A stretch of 64,000 nt of DNA from NCBI GenBank assembly GCA_963720755.1, contig CAVRGP010000011.1:704001-768000 (forward strand). Reading direction: 5' to 3'. Every line of letters starts with the position of its first letter. The stretch's first letter is position 1. A program made the translations under genes and the position numbers. The DNA is from an uncultured Chloroflexia bacterium (GTDB lineage: Bacteria > Chloroflexota > Limnocylindria > Limnocylindrales > CSP1-4). The notes below the pieces were generated by a model. It was not told the DNA's origin. It made no database searches and saw only the letters and a list, made by a program, of their open reading frames with translations. Shown here piece after piece: positions 1 to 10,721 of this stretch.

Positions 1-2
1 AC

Positions 3-476
3 GCCTATATCTGCGCGCACGGGGCATCGGGCCTGCGCGAGGTCAGCGACGATGCCGTCCTGGCGGCAAACTACCTCAAGGCCCGGCTGGCCGGGACCTA
101 TGACATCCCATATGACCGGCCCTGCAAGCACGAGTTCGTTGCCTCGGCCGCGACGATCAAGGCGCGGACCGGTGTGCGCACCCTCGATATCGCCAAGCGA
201 CTGATCGACTACGGCTACCATCCGCCGACGATCTACTTCCCCCTCATCGTCGAGGAGGGGATGCTGATCGAACCGACCGAGACGGAATCGGTCGAGACCC
301 TCGACGCCTTCGCCGATGCGCTCATCGCGATCGCAGCCGAGGCCGACACGAGCCCGGACCTTGTCACCGGCGCACCGCACGACGCCCCGGTCCGCCGGCT
401 CGATGAGGCCGCGGCCGCCCGGCACCCGAACCTGCGCTGGCGCCCGACTGCCGCGGCGGAGGGGGTCGAGGACTGA
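3..476 (+). CDS. gcvPB: Glycine dehydrogenase (decarboxylating) subunit 2, 3' part (truncated by window start)
   Basis: Frame open from base 3: [12 protein letters not shown]...CKHEFV...[36 protein letters not shown], the typical GcvPB C-terminus. Confidence 0.95.
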   Translation, partial: AYICAHGASGLREVSDDAVLAANYLKARLAGTYDIPYDRPCKHEFVASAATIKARTGVRTLDIAKRLIDYGYHPPTIYFPLIVEEGMLIEPTETESVETLDAFADALIAIAAEADTSPDLVTGAPHDAPVRRLDEAAAARHPNLRWRPTAAAEGVED

Positions 477-532
477 CAGGCCCCAGGGCGCGGAACGGAC
501 ATCCTCGCCGAACGCGCTAGGATGTCGCGGAC

Positions 533-1465
533 ATGAGGACTACCGTGCGAACCGGCCGACTGGGGACCCTCGTCGTGGCCGGTACCGTGATCTCCCTGGC
601 GTTCCTGATCTCTGGCTGCGGTGGCGCGCCGGCCGGCGGGGCCGGCTGGACATTCGGCCCGACGCTGGCCCCGGCCGCAACGTCGACCAGCCCGGCCAGT
701 GCGGTCCCGAGCCAGGCGACCCCGAGCCAGGCGGCAGCGAGCCCGGTTCCGGCCAGCCCGGCCGCCACGCCCGTTCCCGCAAGCCCGTCGGCCACGTCCT
801 CGCCCGTGCTCTCGACGCCGGGTCCGGGTGAGACCCCGAAGGCCTTCAGTGGCCGGATGACGCCGCAGGTGATCCTCCACGACGGCTACGTCTCGATGTA
901 CATGGACCTGGAGAACACCGGCAGCGAGCCGTTGACCTTCCTGAACACCCTGTATGACATCGAGCCAGACAAGCTCTATGCGCCGGTCGTCGATTTCCCG
1001 TGGACGACGGGCGAGACGGCGGTGTACACGCGGCAGGGCCGGTTCTTCCCGAGTCCGGCGATCGTGCAGCCGGGCGACCGGGCCGTCTACGTGATGGGCG
1101 GGATGGAGGCGCGTGGAAATGGTCAGCTCGCCCAGCCGGTCGCCAATATCAAGTTCTGCCCGACGCGGGGGATGGATGACACCCCGTCACTCCCGGTGCA
1201 GGTGGACGGGGTCACCTGGTCGACGACGGGTGGGGTCACGTCGGTCTCGGGGACACTGGTCCAGACGAGCGGTCCGCAGCGAGTCGATCCGCCGGTCGTC
1301 GCGGTCGCGTTCTTTGACGCGAGCGGAGCCTTCGTGGGCGCCGTGGTCGGCTCACGGGTGGGCGATCACCTGGTCCCGGGCGAGGTCACGCCATTTGCGA
1401 TCGAGGGACGTGGGGTGGAGACCGACCGGATCGTTCGAGCGGAGGCCTACGCGTTCGTTTCGTGA
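533..1465 (+). CDS. Hypothetical lipoprotein with Pro/Ala/Ser/Thr linker and a possible FxLYD-like C-terminal domain
   Basis: Signal peptide with lipobox LISGC, low-complexity linker, C-terminal VAVAFFDASGAFVG...L.PGEVTPF motif. Confidence 0.65.
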   Translation: MRTTVRTGRLGTLVVAGTVISLAFLISGCGGAPAGGAGWTFGPTLAPAATSTSPASAVPSQATPSQAAASPVPASPAATPVPASPSATSSPVLSTPGPGETPKAFSGRMTPQVILHDGYVSMYMDLENTGSEPLTFLNTLYDIEPDKLYAPVVDFPWTTGETAVYTRQGRFFPSPAIVQPGDRAVYVMGGMEARGNGQLAQPVANIKFCPTRGMDDTPSLPVQVDGVTWSTTGGVTSVSGTLVQTSGPQRVDPPVVAVAFFDASGAFVGAVVGSRVGDHLVPGEVTPFAIEGRGVETDRIVRAEAYAFVS

Positions 1466-1493
1466 CCCATACGAACGCTTGTTAGGTTCGAAG

Positions 1494-1522
1494 TTGACAG
1501 TCGGCGAAACCCTGTGGATAGT
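1494..1522 (+). promoter_or_regulatory. Putative sigma70-type promoter of the opp operon
   Basis: TTGACA (1494-1499), 17 bp spacer, GATAGT (1517-1522). Confidence 0.5.
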
Positions 1523-1693
1523 ACCCGCAGCGCACCGACCCGACTTGTGCTGTCGTTGCTACTCGACCGTGGGCTGCTCCGAGCGGGAGGCTCGTACCGG
1601 ACCGCGACCGACACGCTGCGACGTTCATGGCACAGGCGAAACGCGGTAGCGAGAGAACGTCATCGGGTAAGCACCCGTTTCGGAGGAGAATCC

Positions 1694-3406
1694 ATGCGCA
1701 AACGCCTTCTAGGCATCATGGCGAGCGCCGCGGTCATCGCGGCAGCTTGTGGCGGTTCCACCGCCACGACGGCGCCGGTCACCTCGACCGAGCCCGGGTC
1801 GTCAACGCCCGCTGAGACGCCGGCTCCCACCACGGACATGGCGGCTGACCAGATCTTCAACATCGATCTCGGCAACGAGCCGCCGACCCTGGACCCGACG
1901 CTGGCCCAGGACTCGACCTCGATCGCCGTGCTCCACGCCCTCACCCGGCCGCTCGTCTACTTCGACAAGGACCTCAAGGTCGTCCCGGAGCTGGCCGAGT
2001 CGTACGACGTCTCGACCGACGCCAAGACGATCACCTTCCACCTGCGTGACGCCAAGTACAGCGACGGCAATCCGATCGTCGCCGGTGACCTCGTCTACAG
2101 CTGGAAGCGGCTGGTCGATCCTCGCACTGCGGCCCCGTACAGCTACGTGACCCAGGAGATCGATGGCGCACCGGACCTGCTGGCGATGGCCGGCGAGGAC
2201 CCGCTCCCGTCTGACGCAGACATCACCGCCGCACTCGACAAGCTCGGTGTCGCGGCGCCGGACGACAAGACCTTCGTGGTCACCCTGAACACCCCGGCGA
2301 CCTACTTCCTGTCGGCCGCGGCCCTGTGGGTCTTCGCGCCGATCGAGGAATCGTGGATCACCAGCACCGGTGCGACCGAGGCCGGCAACTATGTCAGCTC
2401 CGGCCCGTACATCCTGGACACCTGGAACCACAACAGCGAGATCGTCCTCAAGCCGAACCCGAACTGGTACGGCGAGACCAAGTCCACCCTGACCGAGATC
2501 CACATGTCGATGACCGCCGAGCCGGCGCAGGCGCAAGCCGCGTTCGAGGCTGGCGAGCTTGACATGGTGGCCCCGCCGACCGAGGACATCCGGCGCATCC
2601 AGGACGATCCGATCCTGAGCCCGCAGGTCCTCCAGCAGCCGACCTTCTCGATCTACTACTTCGACTACAACAACACCAAGGGCCCGACGACCAACAAGGA
2701 CTTCCGGATCGCGCTGACCCAGGCCATCGACAAGCAGGGCCTGATCGATGCGACCTTCTCCGGCGTCGGAGCCGTCGCCAACAGCTTCGTGATGCCCGGT
2801 ATCCCCGGATATCAGGCTGACCTGGATCCCTATCCGTACGATGTCGCCGCCGCCAAGGAACACATGACCACGGCCCTCGCGGCCCTGGGTGTGGCTTCGG
2901 TCGCGGACCTCGGCAAGATCTCCGTGGGCTTCAACTCGGGCTCCGGCCACGAGACCAAGGTGGCCTACATGGCCGAGGCCTGGCGACAGGCGTTCGGTCT
3001 TGAGACCGAGCAGATCGGCAGCGAGTGGAGCGTCTTCCTGACCCAGCGTCAGGCCGGCGACTACACGATCGCCCGAGATGGTTGGGGTGCGGACTACCCG
3101 CATGCCAACAACCAGCTCAACGGCATCTTCACCTGCGGTGGCGGGAACAACGCCAGCCAGTACTGCAACCCGGCCTTCGACGCGCTCATCGCCCAGGCGG
3201 CGAGCGAGCCTGACCAGGACAAGCAGGTTGCGCTGTACAACCAGGCCCAGACGATGCTGTTCGGAGATGCTGCGGTCCTGCCGCTGCGCTTCGGCCTGGC
3301 AACCTATGAGATCGCGCCGTACGTGGGTGGTGTCATCCCGACTGGCTCGGACTCGCAGCTGCCGGGTGACCTGTTCTACGAAAACATCTACATCAAGGCT
3401 CACTAG
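1694..3406 (+). CDS. oppA: Oligopeptide ABC transporter substrate-binding lipoprotein (SBP family 5)
   Basis: SD GGAGGAG before ATG 1694, lipobox AAACG, motifs EPPTLDP, PELAESY, YSDG.PIVAGDLVYSWKR, SSGPY, W.ADYP. Confidence 0.93.
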   Translation: MRKRLLGIMASAAVIAAACGGSTATTAPVTSTEPGSSTPAETPAPTTDMAADQIFNIDLGNEPPTLDPTLAQDSTSIAVLHALTRPLVYFDKDLKVVPELAESYDVSTDAKTITFHLRDAKYSDGNPIVAGDLVYSWKRLVDPRTAAPYSYVTQEIDGAPDLLAMAGEDPLPSDADITAALDKLGVAAPDDKTFVVTLNTPATYFLSAAALWVFAPIEESWITSTGATEAGNYVSSGPYILDTWNHNSEIVLKPNPNWYGETKSTLTEIHMSMTAEPAQAQAAFEAGELDMVAPPTEDIRRIQDDPILSPQVLQQPTFSIYYFDYNNTKGPTTNKDFRIALTQAIDKQGLIDATFSGVGAVANSFVMPGIPGYQADLDPYPYDVAAAKEHMTTALAALGVASVADLGKISVGFNSGSGHETKVAYMAEAWRQAFGLETEQIGSEWSVFLTQRQAGDYTIARDGWGADYPHANNQLNGIFTCGGGNNASQYCNPAFDALIAQAASEPDQDKQVALYNQAQTMLFGDAAVLPLRFGLATYEIAPYVGGVIPTGSDSQLPGDLFYENIYIKAH

Positions 3407-3424
3407 TCGCCACCGGCGATTGAT

Positions 3425-3458
3425 CGCTGGGTGGCCGGCTTCGGCCGGCCACCCAGCG
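3425..3458 (+). terminator. Perfect 15-bp stem with a C(UUCG)G tetraloop after oppA (mRNA-stabilising or attenuating hairpin)
   Basis: cgctgggtggccggc-ttcg-gccggccacccagcg, without a strong U-tract. Confidence 0.75.
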
Positions 3459-3502
3459 CCTTACCCATTCCAATCCACGATCATCGATAGCTACGTGATG
3501 CC

Positions 3503-4420
3503 GTGATCACCTACATCGCTCGACGCTTCCTCTGGATCATCCCGGTCCTGTTCGTGGTGTCGGTCATCACGTTCACGCTGATGCACTCAGTGCCCGGCGG
3601 TCCCTGGGATCGCGAGAAGTCGCTCCCGGCCGCGACCGTCTCCCGCTTGAATGCCAAATACGGACTCGACGATCCGATCTACGTCCAGTACATCAACTGG
3701 GCCGGTAACTTCCTCCAGGGCAACCTCGGCCCGTCCTATCGGTACGTCGACCGCTCGGTCAACGACATCGTCGCGGACGGGATCTGGACGACCGTGCAGC
3801 TCGGGGTCATGGCGTTCCTGCTGGCCGTCATGGTCGGCATCCCGCTCGGGATCTTCGCCGCGCTCGGGCATAACCGCGGCCCGGACTACGTTTCCACGAG
3901 CATCTCCATCATCGGCATCTCCACGCCCAGTTTCGTGCTGTCCATCCTGCTCATCGTGTTCTTCGCGGTGCAATTACGGTGGTTCCCGACCGGCGGGTGG
4001 AAGGGTCCGGAGTACTGGGTCCTGCCGACGATCGCCCTGGCCGGGTTCCCGATCGCGGTCATCGCCCGGTATACCCGAGCCTCGATGCTCGAGGTGACCC
4101 GGAAGGACTACATCCGGACGGCCCAGAGCAAGGGCCTCCGCGAGCAGGCCGTGGTCACCCGCCACATGATCCGCAACGCGCTCATCCCGGTCGTGACGAT
4201 CCTTGGTCCGACCCTCGCCTTCCTGGTGACCGGCTCGTTCATCATCGAGACCATCTTCGGCATCCCCGGCGTCGGCCGCTTCTACATCACGGCGATCGGC
4301 ACCCGGGACTACGGCCTGCTGATGGCGATGACGATGCTGTATGCCTTCGCGGTGGCGTTCCTCAATGTCGTGGTCGATGTCCTGTATGCGTACATCGACC
4401 CGCGCATCCGGTATAGCTAG
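3503..4420 (+). CDS. oppB: Oligopeptide ABC permease
   Basis: YIARRFL...PGGP, GNLGPS, EAA-like loop DYIRTAQSKGL, C-terminal DPRIRY. Confidence 0.93.
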   Translation: MITYIARRFLWIIPVLFVVSVITFTLMHSVPGGPWDREKSLPAATVSRLNAKYGLDDPIYVQYINWAGNFLQGNLGPSYRYVDRSVNDIVADGIWTTVQLGVMAFLLAVMVGIPLGIFAALGHNRGPDYVSTSISIIGISTPSFVLSILLIVFFAVQLRWFPTGGWKGPEYWVLPTIALAGFPIAVIARYTRASMLEVTRKDYIRTAQSKGLREQAVVTRHMIRNALIPVVTILGPTLAFLVTGSFIIETIFGIPGVGRFYITAIGTRDYGLLMAMTMLYAFAVAFLNVVVDVLYAYIDPRIRYS

Positions 4421-4431
4421 GAGGCCGCGAC

Positions 4432-5376
4432 TTGGCCACGAACACGACGGTCGTCCAGGGTCGACTGGCAGAACCCAAGGCGTCGGCCGGCCCCTGGCGC
4501 GAGGCTGCCGGCCGCTTGTTCAAGAACAAGCTCGCGATCGTCGGGCTGGTCCTCGTCTCGCTCCTCCTGTTCGCCGGGATCTTCGGACCGTTCCTTGCGC
4601 CGTGGCCGTATCAGGTCCAGGATCTGCAGGCGATCTTCGCCAACGGCGGTCGGCCCCTTCCGCCCCTCTCGCCGAACCACATCCTCGGGACGGACCAGCT
4701 CGGACGTGACCTGCTCAGCCGCCTCCTCGATGGTGCCCGGATCAGCGTGACCGTCGCGTTCGTCGTCCAGATGGTCATCATCTTCATCGGCGTCCCGCTG
4801 GGCGCGCTGGCAGGCTGGTATGCCGGACTCATGGATAGCGCCGTGATGCGCTTCACCGATGTCATCTACGCATTCCCGGATCTGCTGTTCATCATCCTGC
4901 TCTCGGTCGTCTTCCGGGAGACCCCGTTCGGCCAGGCCCTGGACGGCCTGTTCCTGGTCTTCGTGGCCATCGGCCTGACGTCATGGGTCACGGTCGCCCG
5001 GCTCACCCGTGGCCAGTTACTGTCGTTGAAGGAGACCGAGTACGTCGAGGCGGCGAGAGCCATCGGCGTCAGCGACCGCAAGATCGTGCAGCGCCATCTC
5101 CTGCCCAATGGGATGGGCCCGATCATCGTCGCGATCACGCTCGGGATCCCGACCGCGATCCTGGCCGAAGCGACCCTCGCCTACATCGGCATCGGCGTCC
5201 AGCCACCGCGCGCCTCATGGGGCAGCCTCATCGCCGAGGGTCAGAAGTCGATCCGCTCGGATCCGCATCTCGTGACCTTCCCGGCGATCTGCATCGCGCT
5301 TGCCCTCATCGGATTCACCTTCCTGGGTGACGGACTCCGGGACGCCCTGGACCCGAAGCTCAAGGGAAAGCAGTAG
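4432..5376 (+). CDS. oppC: Oligopeptide ABC permease
   Basis: LGTDQLGRD, EYVEAARAIG, HLLPN, GDGLRDALDPK. Confidence 0.93.
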   Translation: MATNTTVVQGRLAEPKASAGPWREAAGRLFKNKLAIVGLVLVSLLLFAGIFGPFLAPWPYQVQDLQAIFANGGRPLPPLSPNHILGTDQLGRDLLSRLLDGARISVTVAFVVQMVIIFIGVPLGALAGWYAGLMDSAVMRFTDVIYAFPDLLFIILLSVVFRETPFGQALDGLFLVFVAIGLTSWVTVARLTRGQLLSLKETEYVEAARAIGVSDRKIVQRHLLPNGMGPIIVAITLGIPTAILAEATLAYIGIGVQPPRASWGSLIAEGQKSIRSDPHLVTFPAICIALALIGFTFLGDGLRDALDPKLKGKQ

Positions 5377-5379
5377 CTG

Positions 5380-6483
5380 GTGAACGCCCAGGAAGACGTA
5401 CCCGCCGGCGAACGCCCAACGATCATCGAACTCTCGCCCGAGGACGTCCTGCGCGAGCGCAAAGCGGAGGTCGTCGAGGCAGCCGTAGGGCAGAAGGCGG
5501 CCCACCTGCTCGAGGTCCGCGGCCTGTCGACCCACTTCTTCACGCCCGACGGCGTCGTGCAGGCGGTCGACGACGTCAACTTCGATGTCGGATACGGCGA
5601 GACGCTCGGCCTCGTCGGCGAATCCGGTTGTGGCAAGAGCGTCACCGCCCTGTCGATCGCCCGCCTGGTCGCCGACCCACCCGGCAAGATCGTCTCCGGT
5701 TCGATCGCGTTCGATGGGATCGACGTCCTGAAACTCAGCGGCGACGATATGCGCAAGCTTCGCGGGAAGGAGATCGGGTTCATCTTCCAGGACCCGCTGA
5801 CCAGTCTCAATCCGACCTTGACCATCGGCTACCAGATCGGTGAATCGATCCGTGAACACCTCGGGTTGTCCACGAAGGCGGCTCGGGACCGGATCACCGA
5901 TCTGCTCGCGAAAGTGGGCATCCCGCGGCCGGCCGAACGGCTGAACGACTACCCGCACCAGTTCTCCGGCGGCATGCGCCAGCGGGTGATGATCGCCATC
6001 GCCCTGTCGTGCGATCCGAAGCTGATCCTGGCCGACGAACCGACGACGGCGCTTGACGTGACCATCCAGGCGCAGATCCTCGAACTGATCCAGCGACTGT
6101 CCTCCGAGTTCGGGACGGCCGTTCTGCTCATCACCCACGACCTCGGGATCGCAGCGGGGATGTGCGATCGAGTCAACGTCATGTACGCCGGCCGGATCGT
6201 CGAGACCGGCACGGTCGACACGTTGTTCGAAAACCCGCGGATGCCCTACGCCTGGGGTCTGCTCGATTCGCTTCCGCGGATCGACGACGTCCGTGGCGAT
6301 CGCCTGCGGACGATCGAGGGTCTGCCACCGTTGTTGATCGATCCACCGGACGCGTGTCGGTTCAACCCGCGCTGTAGCTATGCCCGCGACGTGTGCCGCA
6401 GTTCAGAGCCCGCGTTGAACGAGCGCGATCCGGGGCATTGGGCCCGTTGCTGGGCGACGGAACCCGGGGGGTGGATCGAATGA
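5380..6483 (+). CDS. oppD: Oligopeptide ABC ATP-binding protein
   Basis: Walker [26 protein letters not shown], Cys-rich C-terminus. Confidence 0.93.
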   Translation: MNAQEDVPAGERPTIIELSPEDVLRERKAEVVEAAVGQKAAHLLEVRGLSTHFFTPDGVVQAVDDVNFDVGYGETLGLVGESGCGKSVTALSIARLVADPPGKIVSGSIAFDGIDVLKLSGDDMRKLRGKEIGFIFQDPLTSLNPTLTIGYQIGESIREHLGLSTKAARDRITDLLAKVGIPRPAERLNDYPHQFSGGMRQRVMIAIALSCDPKLILADEPTTALDVTIQAQILELIQRLSSEFGTAVLLITHDLGIAAGMCDRVNVMYAGRIVETGTVDTLFENPRMPYAWGLLDSLPRIDDVRGDRLRTIEGLPPLLIDPPDACRFNPRCSYARDVCRSSEPALNERDPGHWARCWATEPGGWIE

Positions 6484-7760
6484 CCGCGACCGCGACACCG
6501 CCGACCGCGAAGCCGGTCCGACCGCATGACCCGACCAACCTCGTCGAAGTCGACGACCTCAAGGTCCACTTCCCGATCCGGTCGGGGATCTTCAAGACGG
6601 AGAAGGGCAGCGTCAAGGCGATCGACGGCGTCACCCTGGACGTCCGTCGCGGCGAGACGCTCGGCCTGGTCGGTGAGTCCGGCTGCGGCAAGAGCACGAT
6701 CGGTCGGGCGATGATCCGCCTTCGCGAGGCGACCGCCGGAACGGTCCGGTTCGACGGTGTGGACCTGACCTCGGTCAGCCCGGACGAACTGCGACGGATG
6801 CGTCGTCGGATGCAGATCATCTTCCAGGACCCGTACGGGTCGCTGGATCCGCGGATGTCGGTCGGGGCGATCATCAGTGAGCCGCTCGACACCCACCACC
6901 TTGCCGATGGTCAGGCGAAGGTCGACCGGGTCGCTGAACTGCTCGAACTCGTGGGACTCGACCCCAACTACGTGCGTCGCTATCCGCACGAGTTCTCGGG
7001 TGGCCAGCGACAGCGGATCGGCGTCGCGAGGGCATTGGCCGTCGAGCCGGAGTTCATCGTCTGCGACGAACCGATCTCGGCGCTCGACGTGTCGATCCAG
7101 GCGCAGGTCCTGAACTTGCTCACCGACCTCCGCTCGAGCCTTGGCCTGACCTACCTGTTCGTGGCACACGACCTGTCCGTGGTGAAGCACATCAGCGATC
7201 GCGTCGCGGTCATGTATCTCGGCAAGATCGTCGAAGTCGGACCGCCGGACGTGCTGTACGGCGCGCCCGGGCATCCGTATAGCCGGGCCTTGCTTTCGGC
7301 GGTCCCGGTTCCTGATCCGGTCGCCGAGCGGCGACGAAAGCGGGTGATCCTCAAGGGTGATGTGCCGAGTCCGGTGAACCCACCGCCCGGCTGCCGGTTC
7401 CATACGCGGTGCTGGCTGTACGAGCAGCTCGGCGAACCCGAGGAGTGCCGGACGATCGACCCGGAGCTTGCCGTCGTGGCCGGGAATACCGACCACATGG
7501 CTGCCTGTCACTACACCCATGAGGCCCTCAAGACGGACGTCGGGATCGCCCACATCGATGCGACGCTCGTCCGGCGGGGGACGCCGGCCAATGCGCTGGC
7601 GATGCTGTCCGCCGCCGATGGGGCCTCCGGTCCCGGACTCGAGTCGCCGGCGTTCGGCGACATGCCGGAGTCGGCGGCGAAGACGTCGGCGACCGACGGG
7701 TTCGCCGTGGAGGATCCAGCGTCGACGTCGACCCCGACCGACCGCCTGGACCCATTCTAG
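6480..7760 (+). CDS. oppF: Oligopeptide ABC ATP-binding protein
   Basis: ATGA overlap with opp[37 protein letters not shown]. Confidence 0.93.
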   Translation: MTATATPPTAKPVRPHDPTNLVEVDDLKVHFPIRSGIFKTEKGSVKAIDGVTLDVRRGETLGLVGESGCGKSTIGRAMIRLREATAGTVRFDGVDLTSVSPDELRRMRRRMQIIFQDPYGSLDPRMSVGAIISEPLDTHHLADGQAKVDRVAELLELVGLDPNYVRRYPHEFSGGQRQRIGVARALAVEPEFIVCDEPISALDVSIQAQVLNLLTDLRSSLGLTYLFVAHDLSVVKHISDRVAVMYLGKIVEVGPPDVLYGAPGHPYSRALLSAVPVPDPVAERRRKRVILKGDVPSPVNPPPGCRFHTRCWLYEQLGEPEECRTIDPELAVVAGNTDHMAACHYTHEALKTDVGIAHIDATLVRRGTPANALAMLSAADGASGPGLESPAFGDMPESAAKTSATDGFAVEDPASTSTPTDRLDPF

Positions 7761-7888
7761 GAAAGCACTCGCAGACCCGATCGCCACAGAGCGTCCACGG
7801 CGACGCCAAGGTATCCTGTGGCCCGTTCGGTCGCCCACCGCGGATCGATGACGATCCGGGCGGCGGGGGCCATGGAGGAGGAGAGTCT

Positions 7889-9601
7889 ATGAAACGACTG
7901 CGCATCGGTGCGCTCTTCGCCGTGACGGCGATCGCGTTCGCCGCCTGCGGCGGCAACAGCGCGACCACCGCGCCATCGGCGGCCGCGTCCACCCCGGCAG
8001 GATCTGAAGCCCCGGCCGCCACGCCAACGCCAGATGCCAACGCGATCAAGACCGGTGGCGTCCTCGTCGTCGGTATCCCGAGCGACATCAAGTGGACCGA
8101 TCCGGCCCTCGTCGATGATGGCTCGTCGATCTATGTGTGGCAGAACGTCCTCGAGACGCTGGTCACCCTGGCGCCCGGCAGCGGCAGCGATATCGTCGGC
8201 AGCCTGGCCGACAGCTGGACCGTCAGCGACGACGGCCTGACCTACACGTTCAAGCTGCATCCCGGTGTCAAGTTCCATGACGGGACCGACTTCGATGCGG
8301 CTGCCGTGAAGTTCAACTTCGACCGCTGGATCAACATCCCGCAGTCCTACAGCGACCTCGGCTACACCTACTACATCGACACGGTCATCGGCCGGGGCGA
8401 TGCGAGCAACATCGCATCCACAGAGGCCCCGGATGCGAGCACGTTCGTGCTGACCCTGAAGGCGCCGAACTCGGCGTTCCTCGTCACCATGACCCTGCCG
8501 GTGTTCGCCATCTCGAGCCCGACCGCCCTTCAGGCCGGCGGCGCGAGTGACGCGGACTTCAAGAACAACAAGTACGCGCAGGGTGGCCCGCCCGCGGCCG
8601 TCGGCACCGGTCCATTCATGTTCAAGGAATGGGTCCTCGGTGATCACGTCACGGTCGTCAAGAACCCGGACTACTGGAACGCCGCCGCCGGTGGCCCGTA
8701 CCTCGACTCGCTGACCTTCAAGCCGCTGACCGACTCCACGGCGATCCTCAATGCGCTCCAGGCGGGCGACATCGATGTCACCCAGACCTTCGCGCCGGTC
8801 GACGTTCCAACGGTCAAGGCAGATCCGAACCTGCAGTTCTACGATCGCGGCAGCGCCTGCAACGTGGGCGTCCTGGCCATGAACCAGACGCACAAGCCGT
8901 TCGACAATCTCAAGATCCGACAGGCGGTCGCCTACGCGATCAACCGCCAGGCGATCGTCGATGCCTACTTCGGTGAGACCGGCGTCGTCCTCAAGAACTG
9001 GACACCGCCGGGCACCCTGTTCGCGAACGACCTGGCTGTCCCCGACTACAACCCGGATATGGCCAGGCAGCTCATCTCCGAGAGCGGCGTGACCGACCTG
9101 TCCTTCGACATGTGGTATCCGTCCGGCGTCAGTCGGCCGTACATGCCGGATCCGAAGGGTGAGTTCCAGGCCATGCAGACCGACCTCGAGGCGGTCGGCT
9201 TCAAGCCGAATCCGATGACCGCGCCATGGAACCCGGACTTCCTGGGTGCCGAGGCCAAGGGCGACTACCCGGCCTGGCTGATCGGCTGGAACTGCGACTG
9301 GCTCGGGATCGACAACTTCCTCAAGACCGCGTTCTTCGGCTACCAGAACGGCGTGCCGAACCCGGAGTACGCGTACAAGAACGACGCGATGAACCAGGCC
9401 ATGAACGACGCGCTCGCCGCTTCGGACGAGGCCACCCAGCAGGCCGATTGGACCGCTGCCCAGAACTACATCGTGGCCGACATGCCGTCGGTCCCGATCG
9501 TCTCGGGCAAGACCCCAGCGGCCGGCCAGATCTACGTGAAGGGCTTCGTCCCTGCGCCGACGCAGCTGGAACTCTTCACCAACGTGTGGGTCGATAAGTG
9601 A
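7889..9601 (+). CDS. dppA: Dipeptide/peptide ABC substrate-binding lipoprotein (SBP family 5)
   Basis: SD GGAGGAGG, lipobox FAACG, LADSWTVSDDGLTYTFKL.PGVKFHDG, GTGPF, SRPYMPDP. Confidence 0.88.
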   Translation: MKRLRIGALFAVTAIAFAACGGNSATTAPSAAASTPAGSEAPAATPTPDANAIKTGGVLVVGIPSDIKWTDPALVDDGSSIYVWQNVLETLVTLAPGSGSDIVGSLADSWTVSDDGLTYTFKLHPGVKFHDGTDFDAAAVKFNFDRWINIPQSYSDLGYTYYIDTVIGRGDASNIASTEAPDASTFVLTLKAPNSAFLVTMTLPVFAISSPTALQAGGASDADFKNNKYAQGGPPAAVGTGPFMFKEWVLGDHVTVVKNPDYWNAAAGGPYLDSLTFKPLTDSTAILNALQAGDIDVTQTFAPVDVPTVKADPNLQFYDRGSACNVGVLAMNQTHKPFDNLKIRQAVAYAINRQAIVDAYFGETGVVLKNWTPPGTLFANDLAVPDYNPDMARQLISESGVTDLSFDMWYPSGVSRPYMPDPKGEFQAMQTDLEAVGFKPNPMTAPWNPDFLGAEAKGDYPAWLIGWNCDWLGIDNFLKTAFFGYQNGVPNPEYAYKNDAMNQAMNDALAASDEATQQADWTAAQNYIVADMPSVPIVSGKTPAAGQIYVKGFVPAPTQLELFTNVWVDK

Positions 9602-9609
9602 TCTCCTGA

Positions 9610-9681
9610 GCAGGCGCCGCTCGCGGCGCCTGCCAGACCTGTAGTCAGGGATCCCCCGGCGGCGATCGCCCCGGGGGATCC
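9610..9681 (+). terminator. Two tandem GC-rich hairpins after the second SBP gene
   Basis: gcaggcgccg...cggcgcctgc (9610-9633) and ggatcccccgg...ccgggggatcc (9649-9681). Confidence 0.65.
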
Positions 9682-9716
9682 GAGTCCATCGACTAGGACG
9701 AGGCACGACCGGCGTC

Positions 9717-10721
9717 ATGCTCCAATTCATCGTTCGGCGTCTGCTCGGCGTGATCCCGGTGCTCTTCGGCCTGTCGATCCTCCTGTTCGCGTTCGTCCAC
9801 CTGTTGCCGGGTGACCCGGCGACGGCGATCCTCGGGCAGCACGCCACGGCGGAGCGGATCGCGGCGATGCGCGAGTACCTCGGTCTCGACTCGCCGCTCT
9901 GGCAGCAGTACCTGACCTACCTCAACAACGTCATCCACGGCGACCTGGGCGTCAGCATCATCAACAGCCAGCCGGTGCTGCGCGAGTTCCTGGTCCGGTT
10001 CCCGGCCACGATCGAACTGACCGTGGCGGCGATGATCTTCGCGGCCGGGATCGGGATCCCGCTCGGTCGCTACGCCGCCCGGCACGCGCAGCACTGGCCC
10101 GACGGCGCGGTGACGATCGTGTCGCTCCTGGGGATCAGCATCCCCGTCTTCGTGCTCGGGCTCACGCTCCAGTACGTGTTCGCCGTCCAGCTCGACCTGC
10201 TTCCCGCGTCAGGGCGGATCGACCCTCGTGCCGGGCTCGAGTACCGCACCAACTTCGTGCTCATCGACAGCATCCTGATGGGCAGTCCGCAGCTCTTCAT
10301 CGACGGTCTCAGCCACCTCATCCTGCCGGCCATCGCGCTTGGGTCCATCCCGCTTGCGATCATCACCCGGATCACCCGAGCGTCGGTCCTCGACGTGACC
10401 AACGAGGACTACGTTCGGACGGCCCGTGCGAAGGGCCTGTCCGAACGTCGGATCAGCTCGCGCCACATCATGCGCAACGCCTGGCTGCCGGTGGTGACCG
10501 TGCTGGGATTGCAGATCGGCGGGCTGCTCGGGGGCGCGGTCATCACCGAGACGGTTTTCGGCTGGGGCGGTGTCGGCACGTTCGTCGTCGACGCGATCTT
10601 CAACCGCGACTACTTCGTGATCCAGAACACGATCCTGATCTTCGCGGTGATCTTCCTCATGGTGAACCTGCTCGTCGACATCCTGTACGCGGTCCTCAAT
10701 CCACGGATCCGGTACGCCTAG
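9717..10721 (+). CDS. dppB: Dipeptide ABC permease
   Basis: PGDPA, GDLGVS, HLILPAIALG, DYVRTARAKGL, NPRIRY. Confidence 0.9.
   Translation: MLQFIVRRLLGVIPVLFGLSILLFAFVHLLPGDPATAILGQHATAERIAAMREYLGLDSPLWQQYLTYLNNVIHGDLGVSIINSQPVLREFLVRFPATIELTVAAMIFAAGIGIPLGRYAARHAQHWPDGAVTIVSLLGISIPVFVLGLTLQYVFAVQLDLLPASGRIDPRAGLEYRTNFVLIDSILMGSPQLFIDGLSHLILPAIALGSIPLAIITRITRASVLDVTNEDYVRTARAKGLSERRISSRHIMRNAWLPVVTVLGLQIGGLLGGAVITETVFGWGGVGTFVVDAIFNRDYFVIQNTILIFAVIFLMVNLLVDILYAVLNPRIRYA

Noticed and set aside
670-830. Short repeats (cccgagccaggcg twice) in the lipoprotein gene
   Set aside because: They encode an ordinary Pro/Ala/Ser/Thr linker
1473-1484. LexA-like GAAC-N4-GTTC box
   Set aside because: One mismatch (GTTA) and it lies upstream of a peptide transporter, not an SOS gene
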